Of a stretch of 64,000 bases of DNA, positions 1-10,640 are shown piece by piece. The first letter of the stretch is position 1, and every line of letters begins with the position of its first letter. The notes below the pieces were generated by a model. The model ran no database searches. It was given only the letters and a program-made list of their open reading frames with translations, and was not told the origin of the DNA. This DNA comes from an uncultured delta proteobacterium (lineage in GTDB: Bacteria; Desulfobacterota; Binatia; Binatales; Binataceae): the NCBI GenBank assembly GCA_963724765.1, contig CAVRVY010000001.1, positions 1,216,001 to 1,280,000 on the forward strand, written 5' to 3'. The translations under genes and the position numbers were made by a program.

Positions 1-80
1 TTAGGTAATACGAATTAGAAGGTAATGCGCTTTTCGGACCCGGGCGCTCGGCGTGATATTATTCGATTAAACAGCGACCT

Positions 81-1037
81 TCATTGTCTCACTGCGGGCG
101 CGCTGCGCACGCGCAGATAGAGCGACGACGGAAAGTGATCTTCGGCGTCATCGAAGAGGGCGCTGCCCGCGCTTCGTAATCCGTTCTCGGCGGGTTGCGC
201 CCGATACTCGGGGAACACCTCGCGCAGAACGCCGGGCCGAGCGTAATGAAGCTGCGAGAGGCAGAACATAATCTCAACATTACGATTGCCGATCAGGAAT
301 GCATGTAGCAATGCCGTCTCCTGCCATTGGAAGCAGAATCGCAGCACATCGCGTGGATAGTCGTAAGGCAGAAAGATATCGTGAACATGAACCACGACCC
401 CGGGGTTCAGCCGCGGCAGAGCTTCCAAAACCAGAAAGTTGACATCGCTCCCAGTCTTTACCGTGTGAGACGAGTCGATGAACAGGAAGTCCCCGTCGCC
501 CAGTGATTCGAACAATTCGAGGGGCACCGCCTGCACCGGCTTCTCGACCAGTGTCACGTCCGCGTTCCTAAGCCATTGGCGCGGATAGGGCTCGACGCAG
601 GTAATCGCGCATCGGGTTTCATTGCGCGCCGCCGCTTGCAGTATGCAATAGGTCGAGACTCCCGATCCCACCTCGACGATGCGCTTTGGTTTGAGACTGC
701 GGACCACGCAATGCAGCGCTTCGGCCTCGATATATCCATAGCCTGGCCCGCAGTCGGTTGAAACAGCGGTCTGGTAATGCGGGTTGCCGCGGACCTCATT
801 GGCGAATGGGCCACAAATCGCGCGCAGGCAGGCGGCCTGCTGGTCCAGGTCGATTTCGATCCCGGCGAGCTGCGAAGGCTTGGCCCACAGATCCGCGGTC
901 TTCGCGAGCTGATTAACATCCGGGAAATCGATGTAGTAGTGATTCGGAAGGACAACGACTCCGCATCGCAGCCCGAGCTTATGGACGGAGAATAGCAACT
1001 CCTTCGCCCGGTTCTTGAGTTTTCTCCGAATCGGCAT
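81..1037 (-). CDS. Class I SAM-dependent methyltransferase (Methyltransf_24-like)
   Basis: IVEVGSGVST SAM motif, FLFIDSSH and VHVHDIFLPYDYP motifs; start taken at ATG 1037 (MPIRRK) rather than the ORF-track start at 1151. Confidence 0.85.
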   Translation of the reverse strand: MPIRRKLKNRAKELLFSVHKLGLRCGVVVLPNHYYIDFPDVNQLAKTADLWAKPSQLAGIEIDLDQQAACLRAICGPFANEVRGNPHYQTAVSTDCGPGYGYIEAEALHCVVRSLKPKRIVEVGSGVSTYCILQAAARNETRCAITCVEPYPRQWLRNADVTLVEKPVQAVPLELFESLGDGDFLFIDSSHTVKTGSDVNFLVLEALPRLNPGVVVHVHDIFLPYDYPRDVLRFCFQWQETALLHAFLIGNRNVEIMFCLSQLHYARPGVLREVFPEYRAQPAENGLRSAGSALFDDAEDHFPSSLYLRVRSAPAVRQ

Positions 1038-1224
1038 GTCCAAGGAGCTTCTCGGCGACCACGGCGAGACTCGACGAGGTGTTTCTCCTGCGCTAGCACC
1101 TCCATCTCGAACCAGTGCAAGCGCAGAGTCAAGTCCGCCCCGCGCTCCCAAATCTTACTGAAGCCGATCAGGCAAAAGGTCGGCTCCTCGGGAATGCGCT
1201 CGGCGTTGTTGATGGGGATGGACC

Positions 1225-1310
1225 GCTCCCGCCAGCCTTCGCGCCGCAGTATCACGGTCAGGCGTCGATAGCCAAACCGCAACCCGACTCGTCAGGATCT
1301 TCCAGATCAG
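1225..1310 (-). mobile_element. IS3-family transposase OrfB remnant
   Basis: Translates as RFGYRRLTVILRREGW, the typical IS3 OrfB N-terminal motif; no DDE domain follows; limits approximate. Confidence 0.65.
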
Positions 1311-1826
1311 CGCTCGGCATTGGCATGTTTCTTGTAACGCCTGGCGGCGTCGGTTCGCAGCGGTCTTAGGTCAGTAAAGTTCGCCCCGTTAGCAGGTGCA
1401 GCCTACGCCACCAGCCATTCCCTTGATCCTATGGCAGAACAACGGATTAACAGCCAGGCGCTAAGAGGCCGCGCGCATCGCTTGGTTAAAGAAACCAAGC
1501 GGCTGGCCAACGCGGTGCAACAAGCTCCGGCCCCGGATCCAGCGCCTGACTGGTTTTCGACCACCCTCAAAGAGTGAACAGCTGCCGAAAAAAACCCTTA
1601 TACGAAACGGTGCTACTGCGGCAAAGTCAAAGCGCACCAACAACCGACAAGACTTACTTGCGACTGGGATACATAATGGGTATGGGTAAGGACAACCACC
1701 GCGAGTGCTCCTCTTCTGGGCATGGCGATGAACGGGAGGCCGCCCGCAGACGCTCGAAACCACCGATGATGCCACGGACAACATTTTGGCGAGCCGGAGC
1801 CAATCAATCTCCTTTGCCGAGGCCCA

Positions 1827-2189
1827 TCAATCTCCTTTGATCAGACGGTAAGAGTCGCTCTCGAAATGTTGAGTTGAAAACTCCAACAGTTCAGCGTCCT
1901 CGATCGCCTCCATTTGATGCACGAGGCCGGGTGGAACGTCCAAACAGTCGCCTGTCACCATCTCGAATTCCTCTAGTCCGTCCTTGTCAGAAGATTCTTT
2001 TATCCGAACCTTGAGCCTTCCCCGACTTAAATAGAACGATTCTGTTTTGATCTTATGATAATGGAGCGAGCAGCGTTTGCCCTTTCGTATTTCTAGGATC
2101 TTTCCGCAGTAAAGCGGTGTGTTAGCAATCCATACTTCTCTGCCCCAACCTTTTGTTTCAATGTGTATAGGTGTGCGCCGTCGAACCAT
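1827..2189 (-). CDS. Cupin-domain protein (sugar isomerase-like)
   Basis: KGWGREVWI...SLHYHKIKTESFY...PPGLVHQM cupin motifs; start uncertain (2189, 2204 or 2261). Confidence 0.8.
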   Translation of the reverse strand: MVRRRTPIHIETKGWGREVWIANTPLYCGKILEIRKGKRCSLHYHKIKTESFYLSRGRLKVRIKESSDKDGLEEFEMVTGDCLDVPPGLVHQMEAIEDAELLEFSTQHFESDSYRLIKGD

Positions 2190-2342
2190 ATTTGGCTCCA
2201 TTTCATGGTGTGCGTGCTGATAGGTCCGATTTAATTGCAATGAGCTTATCTGACTGATCAAGGCGGCTAATGCGAAAGACTATCGATGTGCACGATCGCT
2301 AGAGACGACTCCGCCGCTGCTTCCCTTTCAGGCTCGTGCTGT

Positions 2343-2510
2343 TCAGAAAAGCGATGGAGAGGGGTAGACCAACTTACTCGTGGGCTGTGCGGGCGAAAAG
2401 AAGAGGTCGCCACGGCTGCGATCAGCGAACTGAGGGTCCCTGACGATCGAGTCCTGGTTGAAGTGCTGTTCGCTGCGAAAGGCATCGATGGAATCGTATG
2501 CCTCCTGAAC
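2343..2510 (-). pseudogene. C-terminal remnant of a beta-helix/pectate-lyase-like protein
   Basis: YDSIDAFRSEQHFNQDSIVRDPQFADRSRGDL resembles the DPxF..GDF tail of beta-helix proteins; no N-terminus. Confidence 0.4.
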
Positions 2511-2581
2511 GCCAGGCGGTTTGGGCAGCAGGCAAGCCTCGAGCGGTGTACTGACTTGGAGCTTCACCTGTTTCCTCCGCT

Positions 2582-3850
2582 CTAGCATGGCGGTAGCGAC
2601 CTCTGCGTCGAATAGGGTGAAATCACGACACAGTTCTTCGGTAGCGGTGGAATTAGAGGTGGCGTGGTGACCGCTGGATCCGCGAGCAACATGTCCTGCG
2701 CCGTCCTTCGGGCAGCGTAATCGAAAATGTTGCAGGAATCTATCTTGGTGTTGGTGCCGTCGCAAGTGACGGGAGTGCACCCACCGCCGTTCCAATAACC
2801 GGAGCCGTAACCTCCAGGCTTGACCTCGGCTCCAATGTTGCCACTAAGCAACACCGGACCACACGCCGGGGTATATTGCTTCCAGAGATAAATTGCGGTG
2901 TTGCCACCCTTATTTGGGTTCAAGTTTATAACCTTGTTACCCGTCACAGTCTGATTAGTACCGGTACCAATACCAATTCCACATTGACCCGTGTTTACTA
3001 CAATGTTGTCTTTAATAATTTCATTATTGGCACCGGTGACATTATCACTATCCGCTCCCAATATCCCGCAGCCTGATGGAGACTGAGCACCACCAGAGCC
3101 TGGAGTGGTAGCGTCAAGACCGCCGGTTACATAATTGTGTCCGACGGTGGCGTATTGAGTTGTGTAAATATTTATACTGTCTTCTGGAGGATTACTCGTG
3201 CTACCCTGAGACATTAGAATTGACGCACTACTGCGAGTTCCGATCGCTGGCCCCAATGTTGCGTCGCGTGTGCTAACGAGAAAGTTATTCGTAATCGTGA
3301 CTGTAGTTCCGGCCCCGGTTTGAATCTGCTGGCCGCGCGGAAAGACACCCTGCGGATTTAGAAGAAAATTGCCCCTGATCATAATGCTGTTGGCGTTGAA
3401 TGTCTGGATATTGGTCTCGCTGTAGGCGACGACATTGCCCTGAATCGTGGCGTAATTGCTACCATTAAAAAAGATTCCATCGCGCGTATCGCAGCAGCCC
3501 ATTGAGGCGTGCTCGACGTGAATATAGCTGTCGTAGATGTTGTTGCCAGTGCCGCCATTTATGTAAATTCCACGCCCAGCGCACGGTCCGATGTCTGAGT
3601 TTTCAAATGTTACATTGCTTGCCCCGTTAATATCCACGCAATCGCCGCTCGTCGTGCTGATGCGATAGTTGTTGAAGGTTTGACCATTGTTGGCGTCGGT
3701 AATTGTCAGAGTGGATGTCAAGACGGTCTGTGTTAGAGTCGGGGTGGAACTAGCACTGCGATTCAGAAGGGCGTTGGTCAGGAATAACGCCAGGGCACAA
3801 ACGATCATCACTCTCATCGCAGATTGTAACCCACAACTCACGCGCAACAC
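2582..3850 (-). CDS. Secreted right-handed parallel beta-helix protein (polysaccharide lyase/modifier-like)
   Basis: Hydrophobic N-terminus, Asn/Thr/Gly-rich repeated IxxN turns, multiple Cys. Confidence 0.75.
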   Translation of the reverse strand: MLRVSCGLQSAMRVMIVCALALFLTNALLNRSASSTPTLTQTVLTSTLTITDANNGQTFNNYRISTTSGDCVDINGASNVTFENSDIGPCAGRGIYINGGTGNNIYDSYIHVEHASMGCCDTRDGIFFNGSNYATIQGNVVAYSETNIQTFNANSIMIRGNFLLNPQGVFPRGQQIQTGAGTTVTITNNFLVSTRDATLGPAIGTRSSASILMSQGSTSNPPEDSINIYTTQYATVGHNYVTGGLDATTPGSGGAQSPSGCGILGADSDNVTGANNEIIKDNIVVNTGQCGIGIGTGTNQTVTGNKVINLNPNKGGNTAIYLWKQYTPACGPVLLSGNIGAEVKPGGYGSGYWNGGGCTPVTCDGTNTKIDSCNIFDYAARRTAQDMLLADPAVTTPPLIPPLPKNCVVISPYSTQRSLPPC

Positions 3851-3961
3851 TCGCCGATGATGAACTGTATATTGTCGCTGGCGGAGCGAGCTACGAACGT
3901 GATGTTCTCGTGAGGATGCACTTGTTAGAGGAGGCGGACTTCAGCCTCATTCAGGGCTCCA

Positions 3962-4303
3962 CTATCGACGCCAAGATGCCGTCAGCAAATTCGGCAGTTC
4001 ATCGGTGGCGTGTGGTGCCAACGGAGACGCGAAGCATGGTAAACTCGCATACAGACCGAAGTTCGCGGCGCCCAGAAGGCGCGCCGTAAGGGCGTGGGCG
4101 ACCATGTTCAGGCTGCGCGCCGCCACGCCGCCTATCAGGCCGACGCTGACCCCTTTGGCGAGGATTTCGGCATCGCCGGGCATCCTAACTTGTCCGGCAA
4201 CGCCGCGAATCAGCCACTCGATTTGTTGGTCTTCGATATGAAGACTACGCCCTGCGTCCCGAATGGGCGCGTCGGCGTCGTCAGCTGTGGGATGTGAAGT
4301 CAT
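3962..4303 (-). pseudogene. Truncated Wzx flippase N-terminus
   Basis: LAKGVSVGLIGGVAARSLNMVAHALTARLLGAANFGLYA matches the first helices of flippases, then ends. Confidence 0.6.
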
Positions 4304-4562
4304 ATTGTGCGTTCCCGGACAAATGAACTCGATACCTCAAATGGCGATAGAAACGCTTTGCTGCTTGTAACATCTCTTCGCATGCCGAGTCACCTACTCG
4401 ACATTGGCGCGGCGCTGGCTGCGCTGGCAGGAGTACTTGAGGCGGGCGTCACGTAGCGCGACTTCTCGTACGACCTGCGCCGTCTAGTCGCCGATCGCGA
4501 AGAGCGTTCGGTCTGTGTATGGCGGAATAACGGTTGTTACGATCGGCATCGCGAGCTTCGCG

Positions 4563-5450
4563 TTATGTTTGTTTGGCGACGACCGGCGTGCTCGGCGCAA
4601 TACGCGGCGGCGCGAGCCATCCTTCGAGCCTGCCGAGAAACGATACCCAATGATATTGCGCCCCGATCAGATCCAATTTCATAGTTGACGCCAGCACGAG
4701 TGCCAGCGAACCCGCGGACCAGTATGCAACGTACCAAAGTGGAAAGTTGTGAATACGCAGGAGCCGGCCGGTTGCGCACGAGGCGCCGTGCGCGCGTTGC
4801 ACCTGGCGTCGGTCGGGAGGCGGAGGATCATCGTGGAAAACGTCCAGGCCGGGGCGATAGTACACCGGCAGACCCGACGAAACCGCGCGCGTGATGTAGT
4901 CGATATCCTCGCCGCCCTTCCAAGGCGTCGCGGCGCCGAGCCCGAGCGTCTCGTCAAAGCCACCCAGGACTTCAATTGCCGAGCGCCGCATAAACATTGA
5001 CGCTGAGCCAGCGCGCTTGAACACGTTCATTTTGGTCACCGGTCCGGCGCCCGAATCCCACCATCCACGCGGTCGTCCCCAATCGTTTAGGTAGCGACCG
5101 CTGAATCCTGCTTGCTCGGGATGCAAGTCGAAGAAGCGTGCGATGCCTTCCAGGTACTCCGCTGGATACCAGCAGTCGTCGTCGGGAAATCCGACGATTT
5201 CGCCCGTGGCGTGCGGGAGGGCGACATTACGCGCGCGAGAAAGCCCCCGCTCGCTGCGCAAATGCCTGATGGTAAAGCGCGCGCCATACGGTGCGAGAAT
5301 CGATACGAGCCGATCGTCGGTATTCTGGTCGACGACAAAGAGTTCGAGATCGCTGAACGTCTGACGATCCAAACTATCCAAAAACCGCTCGAGTTCGGTT
5401 ACACGGTCAACGGTAGCGAGTATCAGTGAAAATTTTATGGACACTGCCAT
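4563..5450 (-). CDS. Glycosyltransferase family 2 (WcaA-like)
   Basis: FSLILAT, VVDQN, GLSRARN, FPDDDCWY, GGED motifs; ATG 5450 preceded by GGAGG. Confidence 0.9.
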   Translation of the reverse strand: MAVSIKFSLILATVDRVTELERFLDSLDRQTFSDLELFVVDQNTDDRLVSILAPYGARFTIRHLRSERGLSRARNVALPHATGEIVGFPDDDCWYPAEYLEGIARFFDLHPEQAGFSGRYLNDWGRPRGWWDSGAGPVTKMNVFKRAGSASMFMRRSAIEVLGGFDETLGLGAATPWKGGEDIDYITRAVSSGLPVYYRPGLDVFHDDPPPPDRRQVQRAHGASCATGRLLRIHNFPLWYVAYWSAGSLALVLASTMKLDLIGAQYHWVSFLGRLEGWLAPPRIAPSTPVVAKQT

Positions 5451-6128
5451 TTCGTCCCCTCCGGCGGCTGATTGCAGCAACAGTGATGGCGCGATCCGCC
5501 GCTCCGTACTAACGCTGGCGCCGCGTGCGCTCCCCGTTAGGAACCGGTGTGATTCCCGATACCGCGGATTCGATGTCGTCGCGACCTCATAAGTTCCGCG
5601 AAGGAAAGTCAAATTCGACCTAATAAGATATGCACGATCAGCGCCCCTCAAGAGGTCCGTTTATTTGGCAAAATAGCGCTCTGGCGCCGCAGCTCCGGCC
5701 GCACGCCTCAAGTTCGTGCGAACGCGGACATTGACAACTGTCGCTACTTGAGCTGGATCTTACAGTGACTACCCGCGGACCCGTCAGACGCGCACTCATC
5801 ATTCAATCCGAGCGATAGCAAGTTATGAAAGGAGACTGCGATAACCACTGTGCGTTTCGTTCATCCCGTTAGGCATGGTGTTCTGGCGCTCGAATCGCGA
5901 AAGATGAACCACGAACCCGCGGGCGTGTCAATCGACACATAATGTTCGGCGAGGGCCCGAAAGGATCGCGGATACGACGTTTCCCTCTTCCGATACTTGT
6001 GAAAGTCAGGCCGGAAGCCGGTTGCGCCGTTCGCCGGACCGAGCTGAATCAGCGCGTTGGTCAGGCGATTACTGTCCTCAAGCCGTGGCGAACCTGCGTA
6101 TACCACATATCGGCACATTGTTCGCCAT

Positions 6129-7115
6129 TCAGGTACTACTTTCCTTAATCAACCCGAGCTCAAGTAACTGCCGGGATCCCGCAAAGCGCATCGAGATGTC
6201 ACACATAAAGTTAATCGGGACTTGAGTCCGGATGCGTTCGAAATACCTCCGGTACTCTTGTCCGTCATCAAAGTAGGCCTTCCGGTCCAACTCTTCCTTC
6301 ACTTGGCCACTAAAGTCGCCCAGGAATTTGAAGTGCAGCAGAGCGCCGTGGCCTTTCGCTGGATGTCCAAATGACAGCTCGTGCGCGCCTGGGCCGAAGG
6401 ACATTGTTTCATTCCACTTAACCAACGGAACCTTGCTAAGGCGCGGTGGAGATGCTGGTTTCAACTTCGGAAACAGCTGTCCGCAGTACGCGCGGAACCT
6501 TCGCTGAATACGCTTGTACATACTACGGTCGAGGAATTCCGGATAAAACATCCTAAGCCTAGGCCCTCCAAAGATGGCTGGGCCTTTTTTGCGAATTGCA
6601 AGCCATCGGTATCCAGTCCTATCGAAATAAGGGCAAGCGTCAATGAAGGACTGTTCCGCTTTGTATTGAACGTCCTCGATGTTGCCGTCTGAGTACATAT
6701 CCAGCATGATGCAAACAAAAGCGTCCGCCTTTACCAGTTCGAGTGTCCGGCAGAACTCCCGCAAGGGCACCACTTCCGAGTCGGGGTAAACGAGAAGCTC
6801 ATCCGCGTCAACAACGACGCACCAACGATTGTGACCATATCGATGCAGAAGAGGCTGTATCCAATGCATTCCGGCGTTGGTCTTAGACATTGTCTCGGTC
6901 GTAAAGAAAGTATGACAGTCCGGGCTTTCCCTTAAGCGTTCAAGAGTACCATCCGTCGAGCCATTGTCGACGATAAAAAATCTATTCACGCCGAGTCTTC
7001 TATAGTAAGATAAGAAAAACGGAAGCCTCCTAGCTTCATTCCTAACTTTGGCGAACAGTCTTGTTTCATCTGAATCCGGAATAACGTTCCGGTCCAAACG
7101 TAAGATGCTACTCAT
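6129..7115 (-). CDS. Glycosyltransferase family 2-like protein (Glyco_tranf_2_4 type)
   Basis: VRNE, IVDNGSTDGT, VDADELL, LLHFKF motifs. Confidence 0.85.
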   Translation of the reverse strand: MSSILRLDRNVIPDSDETRLFAKVRNEARRLPFFLSYYRRLGVNRFFIVDNGSTDGTLERLRESPDCHTFFTTETMSKTNAGMHWIQPLLHRYGHNRWCVVVDADELLVYPDSEVVPLREFCRTLELVKADAFVCIMLDMYSDGNIEDVQYKAEQSFIDACPYFDRTGYRWLAIRKKGPAIFGGPRLRMFYPEFLDRSMYKRIQRRFRAYCGQLFPKLKPASPPRLSKVPLVKWNETMSFGPGAHELSFGHPAKGHGALLHFKFLGDFSGQVKEELDRKAYFDDGQEYRRYFERIRTQVPINFMCDISMRFAGSRQLLELGLIKESST

Positions 7116-7207
7116 GCGGCTGCTCGTCCTTTTGTTACCTCAGCGCGAAAAAAGACCGCGGTCGATCGCTCGCGCAATCATCCCTGCGCCATTGCGTAGC
7201 GGAATAA

Positions 7208-8215
7208 TCACGGACACGCTGACTTCCCTCGTGCGCGCTGCCAGTGCTTCTTCAGTGTCAGCCATCGGCCTGTCTCTACTATCTCACGGTCGACGCGCGT
7301 GCTGTCTCGCACGCACCTCACGAATACGCCTATGCGCGGAACTGTCGCCGGGATCAGTCGCTCATATACGTAATTCTGCCAGAACAAATACTTCTTTCGA
7401 TCACGGCAAATGCAGCTGAAAAGTCCGAAAAGACCATGCACCAAAGCTTTGCCCAGTTCGCCGAACATCTTCCGGGCGCTGATCGTGCGAGGTCGCGACA
7501 ATCCCCCTTGAAACGCGCGCTTCGCGGCATACGACAACCGCAGTTTGGCCGGCAAAATGAAGTGGTATACAATAAGAGCCGGTTCGTAGAATACCCTTTG
7601 CGTCGGCCGGGTACTCAAATACCGCTCCTGTAGATCCGTTTCTTCGCCCAGCTTAAGCTGGGCACCCACTGGCCCCATTTCAACGTCGAAGCGCACCGCA
7701 TCGAACACATCACGCCGCACAAACATGTTTCCACTCGATGCTCGGAAGGTATTCTGAAACCCTCTCTCATAGTGGTGGTTCAAGAAGTACGCGTTTCCGT
7801 ATTCTACCTTATACCATTCGGGCCTCTTTCCGGGGAGGAATGCTCCGAAATAAGGACCTCCCATAACGCACGGATGGACCTCATTTATCGTTGAAAGTGC
7901 GACGATAAGCCAGTCGGGGTTCACAACACACTCGTCGTCCAGAAAGGCTAAATAGTCGCCGGCTGCCTCGTCTATCGCCCGATTGCGCGCCGCTGAAACG
8001 CCCTGCTCGATTTCAAAGACGTACCGCATTCTGAACGGACAAGACGCCATAGCCTCACCGACTACCAGCGGCGTTCGATCCCGAGAATTGTTATCCACGA
8101 CAATGATTTCTATATCATGTTCGTGGCCCGGTATGATGAGCTGCCTGAGCGATTGCAAGCAATGCGTAAGAATCTCGCTGCGATTGTACGTGCAAATGCA
8201 GATCGATATCAGCAT
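7208..8215 (-). CDS. Glycosyltransferase family 2
   Basis: ICTYNR, VVDNNS, GVSAARN, FLDDE, GEET motifs. Confidence 0.9.
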   Translation of the reverse strand: MLISICICTYNRSEILTHCLQSLRQLIIPGHEHDIEIIVVDNNSRDRTPLVVGEAMASCPFRMRYVFEIEQGVSAARNRAIDEAAGDYLAFLDDECVVNPDWLIVALSTINEVHPCVMGGPYFGAFLPGKRPEWYKVEYGNAYFLNHHYERGFQNTFRASSGNMFVRRDVFDAVRFDVEMGPVGAQLKLGEETDLQERYLSTRPTQRVFYEPALIVYHFILPAKLRLSYAAKRAFQGGLSRPRTISARKMFGELGKALVHGLFGLFSCICRDRKKYLFWQNYVYERLIPATVPRIGVFVRCVRDSTRVDREIVETGRWLTLKKHWQRARGKSACP

Positions 8216-8283
8216 GGTCGCCTATTCGGATCACTGTGCGCTACGGCCGATGCACTCGCCGGATTCGACAGATCAGCAGTGAC

Positions 8284-9027
8284 TCAACCACAGATCGCGG
8301 TAAATCCCTCCCGCACAGGCAGGACCACGGCTCCAGAGCGGCGCGCGAGGTTCACCGCATATTCAAGCAGCTTAGGTGTGCATCCGAATCGAGAGGGCGC
8401 TTTGTCAACGTCATGCGTATAGAAAATGAGCCATGCATTCTCCCCGTTGGCCTTGTGAATCAGCTCTGACACTTGACTCATGTTAATCACGTCGTCATAC
8501 AAGCGAACGGCGCGCAGCCTTGCGGGATTGAGAACGCCTTCGTTCAGGCCGAACTCGGAGCTGCGGCACGCAACAAATCGTCGCTGCAACCTGCGCGTCG
8601 AAAGGACTGACAGATCTCCGTACGGATATGCGAAGGTTTCCATAGCGAGCCCCGGAAGGTAGCTCGCAATGAACGCAGCATTACGATTGATTTCTTCGTC
8701 GAGTGCAAGCCCGGTCAGGGCGGAGACGCGTTGATGATGAAATGTGTGAGATCCGATTTCGTGTCTAGCCTCCGCAAGTGTAAGAAGGTCCGCAGCGCGG
8801 TATTGGGGTATTCCGTCAATGGTTTGGTCGCAATACGAACCAGCCGCATAGAATGTACCGCGCGTATCATGCTCTTGCAAAATGCTTGCTCCATTAAATA
8901 CCGCGGAGCGCGGGAAGTCGTCGAATGTGAAGGAGACAATTGCCCATTGGTTACGCATCCGGACAGATTTGCGGATCAACACCTTGCTAGCGAGACGACG
9001 GAGCAATTCGGGACTCGCTACCTTCAA
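8284..9027 (-). CDS. Polysaccharide deacetylase (CE4)
   Basis: SFTFDD, HEIGSHTFHH, FAYPYG, FYTHDV motifs. Confidence 0.9.
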   Translation of the reverse strand: MKVASPELLRRLASKVLIRKSVRMRNQWAIVSFTFDDFPRSAVFNGASILQEHDTRGTFYAAGSYCDQTIDGIPQYRAADLLTLAEARHEIGSHTFHHQRVSALTGLALDEEINRNAAFIASYLPGLAMETFAYPYGDLSVLSTRRLQRRFVACRSSEFGLNEGVLNPARLRAVRLYDDVINMSQVSELIHKANGENAWLIFYTHDVDKAPSRFGCTPKLLEYAVNLARRSGAVVLPVREGFTAICG

Positions 9028-9141
9028 TGCCGCCTCCTTCTGGCCTTCTCCTTACGGGGCCGGACTTTTACTCTTGCGCTATCCTGAATAAGCGTCGCTA
9101 CGTCGTGGATTGGGGGCCGCCTGTAATTCACCCTGCGTAAA

Positions 9142-10299
9142 TTAAAGTCTTCGCCTTGCCTGCCGGATCCGATCGATAGTCCTGCGCCAAAGCAGGGCCA
9201 CTAATCCCTTGGCGCTCGACGGAATCACCGCGTCGCGCAATAAAATGTCGGCATTGCAATAAAGATTCTTGTATGTTTCGTTTCCAATTCCGAAGTCGTA
9301 AAAAGTGATCCCATTGCCAAAGCACCACTCAAAGACTTTTTCGATCAAAATGCGGCCCGGTGAGTAATCATGCCAATGCGGATCGAAACTACAGATCTGG
9401 CCAATGAGCCGAGGCCCGGCGACGCAACACAACTGAGCAGCGATAATGCTATCGTCCAGCTTCAGGGCGAACATACATACAGGTCCCGCTGGATAAAGAA
9501 GATCTCTTGCCTTGCTCAAATAGGCGCGATAGCCGGGATGGTCGAAAGAGTTGTACCCAACCGTCTCGAAACAGCGTAGCAGCTTGTGCCGGATCAATGC
9601 CTCAACCGAGCGGTCGTATTGTTCCGGAGTGTCCGCAACTTCGAATCTCAAAGTTCCGGTCTCGCTGAGACGGCGGCTCAGCCGGCGAAGGTTGCGGCGG
9701 CTCGGAAGCTTGGTCGCGAAGTCCTGCCACGTTCCTGACAGGGTCGCCCCATGGCCGGAGCCTTCACGCGCCGACGTCCTTAGCAAGTTCAAAGGGTTCG
9801 GCAAATCGCCTACGCGCTCGGGCATCTTTTCCAAAATCGCGATATCGAAGGCTGGGATATGTCTTCGCAGCGCATTCCAAAGCGTGCGAACAGTTTCTGT
9901 GTTCCAATCCGCGACCGGTGGAAACACGACGGGTGCATTATAGTCGCTCAGACCCCCGTCCAGAAACTTCAAGACGCGGGTTTGCTTGAAGACGCGAGTG
10001 AACCTGGAATCAGTTTCGATACTTAACGGGAGCAGTGCGAGTGGCTCGTCATTGTGTCCAATGATCGCGACGAACAGAGGTGTAGCGTGTCGAGCGATGG
10101 CAATTGTCTCGCAGTGCAGTTCGAGTATATCGGAGCATTGAAAGACGTGGCAGCGCGCTGTGGCGAGTCTGTCGCTGCGCGGCCACAAGCCCGCGAAATC
10201 CCGGATGTCATTCGTTATACATATCCGCGCAGGTACAGAGCGGGGCGCAAGGCGCCGGAATGCGTTATGAAATGTAACGAGTGGAAAGTCGTGAATCAT
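9142..10299 (-). CDS. GNAT acetyltransferase, CelD/BcsL-like
   Basis: SDYNAP, YSPGRIL, YDFGIGNETYK motifs. Confidence 0.85.
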   Translation of the reverse strand: MIHDFPLVTFHNAFRRLAPRSVPARICITNDIRDFAGLWPRSDRLATARCHVFQCSDILELHCETIAIARHATPLFVAIIGHNDEPLALLPLSIETDSRFTRVFKQTRVLKFLDGGLSDYNAPVVFPPVADWNTETVRTLWNALRRHIPAFDIAILEKMPERVGDLPNPLNLLRTSAREGSGHGATLSGTWQDFATKLPSRRNLRRLSRRLSETGTLRFEVADTPEQYDRSVEALIRHKLLRCFETVGYNSFDHPGYRAYLSKARDLLYPAGPVCMFALKLDDSIIAAQLCCVAGPRLIGQICSFDPHWHDYSPGRILIEKVFEWCFGNGITFYDFGIGNETYKNLYCNADILLRDAVIPSSAKGLVALLWRRTIDRIRQARRRL

Positions 10300-10413
10300 A
10301 TGTCGATATAGTGGGACGAACTGGGAGTCTGTCGACCTGAAGGCTCTGAGTGATGGACAGGTGATATGCTATCTCAATCTCGCTTCGCGACGATATAAAC
10401 TTAGTTGCCGTCG

Positions 10414-10612
10414 GCTCGCAATGAACGCAGCATTACGATTGATTGTCTGTCTTCGCCGAGTGCAAGCCCGGTGAGGGCGGCGACGCGTTGATGATGAAAT
10501 GTGTGACATCCGATTTCGTGTCTAGCCTCCGCAAGTGCAAGAAGGTCCGCAACGCGGTATTGGGGTATTCCGTCGATGATGTGGGCGCAATACGAACGAG
10601 CCGCATAGAATG
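10414..10612 (-). repeat. Diverged duplicate of an internal deacetylase fragment (copy of 8662-8855)
   Basis: About 195-bp near-identical direct repeat with scattered substitutions and a 5-nt insertion (GTCTG). Confidence 0.9.
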
Positions 10613-10640
10613 AAGCGTCTGTGAGTGGCTGTGCAATGCT

